Shown: one piece after another, positions 28,301 to 35,078 of the stretch | Layout: each line of letters begins with the position of its first letter | Position numbering within the stretch: position 1 is the stretch's first letter | Origin: Syntrophales bacterium | GTDB taxonomy: Bacteria > Desulfobacterota > Syntrophia > Syntrophales > UBA8958 | Direction: 5' to 3' | Assembly (NCBI GenBank): GCA_035448805.1 | Contig: DAOTJR010000003.1 | Coordinates: 66,062 to 130,061 of the forward strand | Length of the DNA: 64,000 nt | Translations under genes and position numbers: made by a program | Notes under the pieces: model-generated | The model's input: the letters and a program-made list of their open reading frames with translations, nothing else | Database searches by the model: none | What the model was told of the DNA's origin: nothing

Positions 28301-29782
28301 GATGGCGGGGATCAGGGCGTCACAGGGGACGATGAATTCCGAACCCTTGATCTCCACAGGACGGCGGCGGCCGCTGGCGTCAGGCTCGCCCAGCTCCATG
28401 CGGGTGCATTCCACGCCCGTGACCTTGCCGTTCTCGCCCACGACTCGCTTGGGGGCCACGAGGAATTCCATCTTGATGCCCTCTTCCAGGGCCTCTTCGA
28501 TCTCTTCGGGGGAGGCGGGCATTTCGGCCCGGGAACGGCGGTAGAGGATGAAGACGTCTTTGGAACCGGTGCGGATGGCCGTCCGGACGGCGTCCATGGC
28601 GACGTTACCGCCGCCCACCACGGCGACCTTGTCACCCAGGAAGACCTTCTCCCCCAGGTTGACCCGCTTCAGATAATCGACACCGTGAATGACCCCCTGC
28701 AGATCCTCGCCGGGGATGTTGAGCTTGCTGCTGTTGACGGTGCCGCAGCCGATGAACACCGCATCGAAGTCGCTCTGGAGTTTCGCGAAGGGGATGTCCT
28801 TGCCGACGGCGGTGTTGAGATGGATCTTGACCCCCAGATCCTCGATGACCTTGATCTCCGCCCGGAGGACGTCCTTGGGGAGGCGGTATTCGGGGATGCC
28901 CACGGCCAGCCAGCCGCCCGCCACGGGAAGGGACTCGAAGACCTCCACGTCGTAACCCTCGGCGGCGAGATAGTAGGCGCAGGTGAGGCCCGCGGGACCG
29001 GCGCCCACCACGGCGATCTTCTTGCCCTTGCTCTCCTTCTTCTCCGGGATGAAACGTGTTTCGTCTTTCAGATCCAAATCGGCGACGAAACGCTTCAGAT
29101 GCATGATGTCGATGGGCTCTTCCACCTTGCCCCGCATACACGCCGTTTCACAGGGGTGGTTGCACACCCGGCCGCAGACGATGGGGAAGGGATTGTCCTT
29201 TTTGATGAGCTTCAGGGCCTCTTTGTATTTTCCCGCGGCGATCAGGGCCACATAGCCCTGAACGCTGATGTGGGTGGGACAGGCCGCCTTACAGGGAGAG
29301 GTGCCCAGCTTGTCGATGGCGTAACCGCTGGGAATCGCCTGGGGAAACTTACGATAAGTCGCCTGGCGCTCGGAGAGATTCTCGTTGAAATCGGAGGGGA
29401 CGTTGATGGGGCAGACCTTGGCGCAGTCGCCGCAGCCCGTGCACTTGTTCAGGTCGATGAACCGGGGGGCTTTTGTCATCCGGACCTTGAACTTCCCCGC
29501 CTCCCCCTCGACCGCGTTCACCGTGCGCCGGGTAAGGATCTCCACGTTGGGATGGCGGCCCACCTCCACCAGTTTCGGGGACAGGATGCAGGCGGAACAA
29601 TCGTTGGTGGGAAAGGTCTTGTCGAGCTGGGCCATGACGCCGCCGATACTGATGTCCTTTTCCACCAGATAGACCTTCAAGCCGGAGTTGGCCAGATCCA
29701 GGGAAGCCTGGATGCCGGCGATACCGGAACCGACCACCATAACTGCACCGATTTTTTCATTGTCATTGATCACGTGAGACAC
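25346..29782 (-). CDS. Giant HdrA-type flavoprotein (HdrL-like): two HdrA modules with an inserted GltD/NfnB-like NAD(P)H module, 1478 aa
   Basis: - N terminus VVGSGIAGIQASLDLA, TNDCSACILSPK, CTGCGDCAKVCP.
- aa ~160-565 (nt ~28088-29305): CGRVCNHPCETAC, KKIAVVGAGPAGLT, VAVVGGGNVAMD, GVFAGGDVVTG.
- Then CVGSRD...CSSVCC.
- A second FAD module TLIIGGGLAGITAAL, CVGSR...CSRYCC.
- C-terminal CAACGLCEQNCP / CKGCGVCTASC. Confidence 0.85.
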   Translation of the reverse strand: MSHVINDNEKIGAVMVVGSGIAGIQASLDLANSGLKVYLVEKDISIGGVMAQLDKTFPTNDCSACILSPKLVEVGRHPNVEILTRRTVNAVEGEAGKFKVRMTKAPRFIDLNKCTGCGDCAKVCPINVPSDFNENLSERQATYRKFPQAIPSGYAIDKLGTSPCKAACPTHISVQGYVALIAAGKYKEALKLIKKDNPFPIVCGRVCNHPCETACMRGKVEEPIDIMHLKRFVADLDLKDETRFIPEKKESKGKKIAVVGAGPAGLTCAYYLAAEGYDVEVFESLPVAGGWLAVGIPEYRLPKDVLRAEIKVIEDLGVKIHLNTAVGKDIPFAKLQSDFDAVFIGCGTVNSSKLNIPGEDLQGVIHGVDYLKRVNLGEKVFLGDKVAVVGGGNVAMDAVRTAIRTGSKDVFILYRRSRAEMPASPEEIEEALEEGIKMEFLVAPKRVVGENGKVTGVECTRMELGEPDASGRRRPVEIKGSEFIVPCDALIPAIGQEADLDFVPKESGISINKWKNFEVDPVTFATTTPGVFAGGDVVTGPATVVKAVYAGKEAAVSIDRYLRGEDVAAGRAKDWTKGLADKADVSKVAKVPRRKYPHMKPEDRRTNFQEVGIGFTEEEAVAEAKRCLACGICSECYQCVEACIAGAINHDDTFEEETIEVGAVIAAPGFEVFDARLRGEYGFGIYQNVVTSIQFERILSASGPYFGHVQRISDGREPKKIAFIQCVGSRDTSCGNSWCSSVCCMYATKEAIIGKEHAKELEPTIFFMDIRAHGKDFDRFVNRAKDEYGIRYIRSMPSTIKELQQSKNLLLKYVQEDGSLIEEEFDMVVLSVGLCPPPEAAALAQALGIELEEHGFCKTALENPVETTRNGVFVCGAFGGPKDIPETVMEASGAAACAAGILAARRGTMITEEELPLESDLRGLGPRTGVFVCHCGINIGGVVNVPEVVEYCKTLPNVVFATDNLFTCSQDTAVKMGEVIKEQNLTRVVVASCSPRTHEGLFQENCEKAGLNRYLFEMANIRDQNSWVHMHEPEEATEKAKDLVRMAVAKAQFLKPLKPGQLTVNHATLIIGGGLAGITAALSLADQGYESYIVEKEPVLGGNYRKLYYTLEGLDTRKHLKSLLDRVQASKLIHAYTGATIKKIEGFIGNYKTTITTRDGEEQFEHGVVIVATGGYELETKEYLYGQSSQVVTQRELEKLIAEKEDKALKARSVTMIQCVGSRIPERPYCSRYCCSEAMKNALKLKELDPTREVTIVYRDIRTFGLKEDYYKKARELNVRFIRYDEDRKPEVIQQGDQLSLRVFDPVMNAPVEFKTDLLALSVGTVPNPENEEIGKMLKVPTNQDGFFLEAHVKLRPVDFATDGVFMCGMAHAPKLSEDAIVQANAAVSRASTILTKDFIEAEGKTAYVNKERCAACGLCEQNCPFGAISVNVVEACAEVNTVLCKGCGVCTASCRMNAVDLNGFTNEEELEQIYNIF

Positions 29783-29970
29783 CTCAAAAGATGGGTATAT
29801 GCGGGTTTATATGCAAAATAAGTCTTCAACAACGACCTTTTTCCCTATACTGTTGACGGTTTATAACCGTCGGAGCCGCTATCACGATTTGCCGAACCTG
29901 TCAAGGGTAAAAGTTTCCCCCACCAAGAAGCATCCGGTGTCGGAACCGGGAGATAATCATGCATAACGGC

Positions 29971-30561
29971 TCAGGAAATCTTCGCCGCGCCGGCAATGAT
30001 CCGCCACAGGGTTTCTTTTCCCTGGCCGGTGCGGACGGAAAAGAGGATGGGATCGTGCAGGCCGGTGACACCGGCCTGCTTTTGGATGAGCTGAAGACGG
30101 TTCAGGGCCTGCTGCTTCGAGATCTTGTCCGCTTTCGTCAAAACCGGCTGCCAGGGGATACCCTTTTCCTCCATCCACAGCAGAAAATTGCGGTCGTCGT
30201 CCCTAAGGTCCCGGCGGACATCGAGTATGAGCACCACCATTACCAGGTTTTCTCTCCCGGCCAGATAGGTCTCCACCATGGGGCCCCAGCTTTGCCTGAC
30301 CTTATCCGGGACCCTGGCGAAGCCGTACCCGGGCAGATCGACAAAGGAAACCTTTTCGTTGACGACAAAGAAATTTATGGCCTGAGTCCTCCCCGGCGTC
30401 CGGCTCGCCTTGGCCAGATCACCATGATTCGTCATGGCGTTGATAAGGCTGGATTTGCCGACGTTGGAACGGCCGGCGAAGGCGATTTCCGGAAGCAGTG
30501 GGGGAGGATAGTGCGCAGGGAGAATCGCCGTCTTTACAAAAGCAGCGGAGGTGATCTTCAT
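29971..30561 (-). CDS. engB: Ribosome biogenesis GTPase YihA/YsxC
   Basis: 196 aa. G1 GRSNVGKSSLIN, G3 DLPGYG, G4 TKADK. Confidence 0.9.
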   Translation of the reverse strand: MKITSAAFVKTAILPAHYPPPLLPEIAFAGRSNVGKSSLINAMTNHGDLAKASRTPGRTQAINFFVVNEKVSFVDLPGYGFARVPDKVRQSWGPMVETYLAGRENLVMVVLILDVRRDLRDDDRNFLLWMEEKGIPWQPVLTKADKISKQQALNRLQLIQKQAGVTGLHDPILFSVRTGQGKETLWRIIAGAAKIS

Positions 30562-30570
30562 GGCCTCAAT

Positions 30571-31950
30571 TCAATCCCGTTCGATGGTAATGCCGAACTT
30601 TTCCAGTTTCCTCTCGAAAGTAGGCCGCGAGATACCGAGAATATCGCACAGTTCACCCTTGGTGCGGTGGTTGTTCTCCTTGATGACTTTCCTTATATAC
30701 TGTTCCTCCACCTCTTCCAGAGTCAGGGGCCGGCCGCTGCCTGTTTCCGTAAAATCCACCGGTTTGCTCTCCGCGGCGGCAAAGGCATCTTCGGAAAGAT
30801 CGGGGAAATCACCCCTGGTCAGCACCTGGCTTTTGGCGACCACCACCGCCCGGGTGAGAAGATTTTCCAGCTCCCGGACATTTCCCGGCCAGCGGTATTT
30901 CATGAAGATATCCATCATCTCGTCGGAAACGCCGATTACCTTCTTGTGCAACTCCCGGTTGATCTTGGTCAGGAGATAATCCACGAGGACGGGAATGTCC
31001 TCACGCCGTTCCCGCAGGGGGGGGATGCGGATGGAAACGATATTCAGTCGGTAGTAAAGATCGTCACGGAACTTGCCCTCCTTGACCATTTGTTTGAGAT
31101 CCTTGTTGGTCGCGGTGATGATCCGGGCGTTGACCTTGATGGAATCCTTGCCGCCCACCCGCTCGAAGTCCATCTCCTGGAGGACGCGCAAGAGTTTCGC
31201 CTGTAAATTCAATGACATTTCACTGATCTCGTCGAGAAACACCGTGCCGTAACGGGCCAGTTCGAACTTGCCCAGTTTGCGGGTGATCGCCCCGGTGAAC
31301 GATCCCTTTTCGTGGCCGAAGAGCTCCGACTCCAGAAGTGTTTCCACGATCGCCGAGCAGTTGACGGCAATGTATGGTTCCTCCGGGGAGGTGTTGTTGT
31401 GGATGACCTTGGCGATGAGTTCTTTTCCCGTACCGCTCTCCCCTTGAATGAGGACGGTGGTCCGGCTCTGGGAGACGACGCCGATGGTCTTGAAGATCTC
31501 CTTCATCTCCTTGGTTTTGCCGATGATGTCGCCGACCTTGAAACTCCGGGACGGCTCGTTGAGAAGGCCGCTGATCTTCTTTTCCATCTCCAGGGTTTTC
31601 AGGGCCTTCTTGATGGCCATATCCAGTTCTTCCACATTGATGGGCTTATGGATATAATCGAAGGCCCCCCCCTTCATGGCTTTTATCGTCGAGTCCATAT
31701 CGTGATAGGCAGTGATCATCACCACCTTCACGTTTTCATCCTCATCCCGCAGATCCTCCAGAACCGTGAAACCGTCGATGTCGGGGAGACGGATATCGAG
31801 GATGACGAGGTCGGGGTTGTGTTTCACGTAGGCATTGAGACCCTCGGTTCCCGTGGCGGCGGTATAGACCGTGTATCCCTCCTCTGTTAGATAGAGTTCG
31901 AGACTCTCCGCAATGGAACTGTCGTCGTCGATAACGAGAATCTTTGCCAT
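30571..31950 (-). CDS. Sigma54-dependent response regulator (NtrC/AtoC family)
   Basis: Receiver domain (DLVILDIRLPDIDG, K at HKP), AAA+ core (GESGTGKE, GSFTGA, FLDEI, RFIAT-like ARIITATN) and a C-terminal Fis-type HTH. Confidence 0.9.
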   Translation of the reverse strand: MAKILVIDDDSSIAESLELYLTEEGYTVYTAATGTEGLNAYVKHNPDLVILDIRLPDIDGFTVLEDLRDEDENVKVVMITAYHDMDSTIKAMKGGAFDYIHKPINVEELDMAIKKALKTLEMEKKISGLLNEPSRSFKVGDIIGKTKEMKEIFKTIGVVSQSRTTVLIQGESGTGKELIAKVIHNNTSPEEPYIAVNCSAIVETLLESELFGHEKGSFTGAITRKLGKFELARYGTVFLDEISEMSLNLQAKLLRVLQEMDFERVGGKDSIKVNARIITATNKDLKQMVKEGKFRDDLYYRLNIVSIRIPPLRERREDIPVLVDYLLTKINRELHKKVIGVSDEMMDIFMKYRWPGNVRELENLLTRAVVVAKSQVLTRGDFPDLSEDAFAAAESKPVDFTETGSGRPLTLEEVEEQYIRKVIKENNHRTKGELCDILGISRPTFERKLEKFGITIERD

Positions 31951-31973
31951 GAGGGGCTCCTGAAAAATTTTGC

Positions 31974-34016
31974 CTACATGTCCAGAGGCAGGGTGATGAG
32001 TACCTTCGTTCCCATCCCTTTCGCGCTTTCAATGTCGATGTTGCCCTTGTGAAGGTCGATGATCTTTTTTACCTGGGTCAGGCCCAGGCCCGTCCCATAT
32101 CGCTTCTGAGTAAAAAAGGGGTTGAAGAGATGGGCCAGGGTCTCCTCGTCCATCCCGCAACCGTTGTCGGTTATCTCGATGGTAACGGCGTGGGGCTGGC
32201 TGCCGGATTCCCGGGCGGAAACATGGAGTTTCCCGTCCGCCTCCATGGCTTCGATGGCGTTACGGAAGATGTTCTGTAAGGCCTGCTCCAGCATGGCGCC
32301 ATCGATGATCGGATGGGGGAGCTCTTCCTCCACTGCCAACGTGACCGCGACATGCTTGTCGCTAAGGGATTTCTGCACCATCTCCAGGGCATTCTCGATC
32401 GTGCGGCGCAGATCCGTGGGCATCCGTTTCGGTTCTCCCGGTCTGGCGTAGATCAGGACATCGTTCACCAGCTCCTCCAGGTGTTCCACTTCCCGCTGGG
32501 CGATCCGGAAACGCTTCAGATCGTTGCCCGACGGCTGCAGCCGCTTTTCGAGAATCTGCAGACTCATTTTGATCGAGGAAAGGGGGTTGCGGACCTCATG
32601 GGCGATTCCCGCCGAAAGCTGACCGATGGCCGCCAGTTTCTGGCTTTCGTAGTATTTCTTTTCCAATTCCTTGAACTCGGTAATCTCCCGGCGTACCAAC
32701 ACGTACCGGTCCGTCGCGCCCTTGAGGGGACAGGGGGTGATCAGCAGAAACTGCTTTTTACCATCACTGCCGTTCACCTCCATTTCAAAAGGTTTGAAAT
32801 TGCCCTTTTTTATCTCTTCCCACCTTTCCAGCAAAAAATCTTTATGTGCCGGTGCGTATTCCGTGAAATGCCGCCCCTTGATTTGCGAAGCCAGCAGCCC
32901 GTCGCTCCTCCGGTCCCGGCTTACGAAGGTGATGATCCCTTCGCTGTCAAGCTCGAAGAGGGTGTCCGGCGAGCTTTCCAAAACCGTCTGCATGTAATTG
33001 TACAGCCCCTCGATCTCCTTACGGAGCCGGATGTTTTCCTTCAGTTCATTTTCCAGAGTTTCGGCGTATTCCTTCAAATGCCGGGACATCTCCTCTTCCC
33101 GGGTGATGTCCTGCAGGGTTTCCACGGCGGCGATGACCTGCCCCTTGTCATCACGAATCGGGGCCGCCAGGAAATAAAGGTGACGGCTTCGTCCGCCGAT
33201 ATTGGGATAGAAGTCCCAGGCCTCGTAGGCCCCTTCGATTATCGGTGATTTCTGGACATTCTTTTTACCGTAGAATTTTTCCAGCTTCTCGATGTCGTCG
33301 TCCACGATGAGATCGGCAATCACCGGACGCTTTTCCGGGTAAAAGGGCACGTACTGGCGATCCGTCCCGATGAAATGCTTCCCATCATAGCCGCTCAATT
33401 CCGTAAAGGCCCGATTCCAGAACATAATCCGGTGATCCTTACCGATGACGAACATCGGGATGGGCGAGCCTTCGATGATGCCTTCGATCGTCTTTCGCAG
33501 GGTAATGTTCTTCTCCAGCTCGTCGCGGAGATTATCGGCATACTCCTTCAGGCTCAGTTCCATGAGCCTTTCCCGGGTGACGTCCTGCAGAGTTTCGACG
33601 GCGGCGATGATCTCCCCCCGCTCGTCATAGATAGGGGCGGCCAGGAAATAGAGGTGACGGCTCTGCCCTCCCAGATCGACATAGAAATCCCGGGCCTCGT
33701 AAGCCCCGTGGACCTTGAGGGATTTTTTCACCCGTTTGCCGCCGTAGTATTTTTCCAGGCCGACAATGTCCTGATCCACGATGAGATCGGCGATCAACGG
33801 CCTTTTCGTCCCGTAAAAGGGCATGTAGTGTTTGTCGGTGCCGATCATGTCCGCCGCGGCAAAACCGGTGAGTTCTTCACAGGCCTTGTTCCAGAAGATC
33901 ACCTCATGTTTGCGGTCGATGACAAAGGTAGGAATAGGCGAACCCTCGATGATGCCGACGATCACCTTCCGTTCCTGAACGAGTTTTTCTTCGGCGGCCC
34001 GCGTCATGTTTCTCAT
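31974..34016 (-). CDS. Cytoplasmic multi-PAS sensor histidine kinase
   Basis: 680 aa with no TM segment. Two nearly identical about 160-aa PAS-like modules (IIEGSPIP.FVI...RHLYFLAAPI...AAVETLQD.TRE), a third PAS, the H-box IAHEVRNPL and the ATPase G-box GTGLGL. Confidence 0.9.
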   Translation of the reverse strand: MRNMTRAAEEKLVQERKVIVGIIEGSPIPTFVIDRKHEVIFWNKACEELTGFAAADMIGTDKHYMPFYGTKRPLIADLIVDQDIVGLEKYYGGKRVKKSLKVHGAYEARDFYVDLGGQSRHLYFLAAPIYDERGEIIAAVETLQDVTRERLMELSLKEYADNLRDELEKNITLRKTIEGIIEGSPIPMFVIGKDHRIMFWNRAFTELSGYDGKHFIGTDRQYVPFYPEKRPVIADLIVDDDIEKLEKFYGKKNVQKSPIIEGAYEAWDFYPNIGGRSRHLYFLAAPIRDDKGQVIAAVETLQDITREEEMSRHLKEYAETLENELKENIRLRKEIEGLYNYMQTVLESSPDTLFELDSEGIITFVSRDRRSDGLLASQIKGRHFTEYAPAHKDFLLERWEEIKKGNFKPFEMEVNGSDGKKQFLLITPCPLKGATDRYVLVRREITEFKELEKKYYESQKLAAIGQLSAGIAHEVRNPLSSIKMSLQILEKRLQPSGNDLKRFRIAQREVEHLEELVNDVLIYARPGEPKRMPTDLRRTIENALEMVQKSLSDKHVAVTLAVEEELPHPIIDGAMLEQALQNIFRNAIEAMEADGKLHVSARESGSQPHAVTIEITDNGCGMDEETLAHLFNPFFTQKRYGTGLGLTQVKKIIDLHKGNIDIESAKGMGTKVLITLPLDM

Positions 34017-34189
34017 CCCTTTTCTTTCTTTTTATCCCTATGCTCCTTTATCGCCATAAGGATGTAAACGCCCACGGCGGCGCCGAGGGAGATGATAAGG
34101 TTGACCAGGCCGCTTTCAATGCCTATCACCCGCTGGCAAATCAGCCACACCACCAGATAAGTGACGGCCGTCAATATTTCTTGCATCAT
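34013..34189 (-). CDS. Small two-helix membrane protein, translationally coupled to the kinase gene
   Basis: ATG ATG at 34189/34186 is preceded by AAGAGG. 58 aa, two hydrophobic helices and a Lys-rich tail. Its stop overlaps the kinase ATG (ATGA). No recognisable family. Confidence 0.45.
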   Translation of the reverse strand: MMQEILTAVTYLVVWLICQRVIGIESGLVNLIISLGAAVGVYILMAIKEHRDKKKEKG

Positions 34190-34529
34190 CAAACCTCTTG
34201 AAGGATATTTATGATCCCGTCGGATCATTTGACAGCTCATTGATAATACTTGCCTATTCCTGAAATTTCAATCAAAATATACTTTTATGTGAAACCAATC
34301 CTATGTTGTTGAATATATTGAACTATATGCTATATGGATCCCGGGGGCCAAAGTTTTCTTCCCGCGAATCGGGACGTGGGGATTGGACGTTTCATTCAAC
34401 GCCGGCCCGCAATTTAATGAAATGTTCAACGTTCCTGTTGCCCCACCGGGGGGCGGCAAGGTCGAATTTAAAAAAATTGTCGTGTGTTTGTAGTTTCTTA
34501 AGGACCATCGGTTCCGATGCCGTCGGTAA

Positions 34530-34545
34530 TGGCATGTCTGTTGCA
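34530..34545 (+). promoter_or_regulatory. Sigma54 (-24/-12) promoter
   Basis: TGGCATGTCTGTTGCA matches TGGCAC-N5-TTGCW at 15 of 16 positions, with correct GG-N10-GC spacing. It lies 105 nt upstream of the ATG at 34650, next to a divergent sigma54 activator gene. Confidence 0.7.
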
Positions 34546-34649
34546 GATCCCGGCGCAGTTTAAAAAAATATTTCCCTTCCCCGGACACCGGAAGTGTGTT
34601 AAGGAGGGGGAAAAGATCTTAAGTTCAAGATACGAAAGGAGAAGAAAAG

Positions 34650-35027
34650 ATGTTAGGGAAATTTGGAAAGAAGTTGTTAACACTCATGACGACGATGGCA
34701 GCGGTACTTTTATCATCACCGGTCGTATTTGCAGCGGAAGCTCTGCCTGCCGCCGGCGATTCTTACGTTAAGGTGATCTACGCGGTGGGGGCCATGGTTG
34801 CCGCCGGTTTTGCCATCGGTCTGGGCGCCATCGGCGCCGGCGCCGGTATCGGTAACGCCGCCAACGGGGCCTGCCAGGCCGTCGGAAGAAACCCGGGGGT
34901 TCAGGGTAAGATCATGACCGTGATGCTGGTCGGTATGGCCATGGCGGAATCCGTTTGTATTTATGCCCTGGTTGTGGCGCTGGTTCTTCTCTATGCCAAC
35001 CCCTACGTAAAGTACTTTTTGGGTTAA
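34650..35027 (+). CDS. F0 c-subunit-like proteolipid, paralog 2, with a signal-peptide-like N terminus
   Basis: AAGGAG RBS. 125 aa. N terminus ends VFA/AE. GAGAGIGN helix 1, RNP loop, AMAESVCIY carboxylate motif and LYANP. No other ATP synthase gene is adjacent. Confidence 0.8.
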   Translation: MLGKFGKKLLTLMTTMAAVLLSSPVVFAAEALPAAGDSYVKVIYAVGAMVAAGFAIGLGAIGAGAGIGNAANGACQAVGRNPGVQGKIMTVMLVGMAMAESVCIYALVVALVLLYANPYVKYFLG

Positions 35028-35078
35028 TCCGACCAATGAAATTAACTTCAAAATGAACTACAGTTAGGGGGAAAAAGA

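Noticed and set aside
25667-29821. A 1384-aa ORF on the plus strand, antisense to the giant hdrA-like gene
   Set aside because: This is a shadow ORF typical of GC-rich DNA. Its translation is low-complexity (G/D/H/L/A/V-rich) and has no cofactor or catalytic motifs. The minus-strand frame carries dozens of canonical HdrA/GltD motifs.
29783-29970. A search for a Rex-type operator (TTGTGAA-N-TTCACAA) or a sigma54 promoter upstream of the Hdr/Flx cluster
   Set aside because: No acceptable match on either strand. Only the GACGGTT-TAT-AACCGTC palindrome, reported separately, was found.
34161-34173. GTGACGGCCGTCA palindrome resembling the repeat hairpin half-sites
   Set aside because: It lies inside the coding sequence of the small membrane protein (codons LTAVT) and has no loop. 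It is most likely coincidental.
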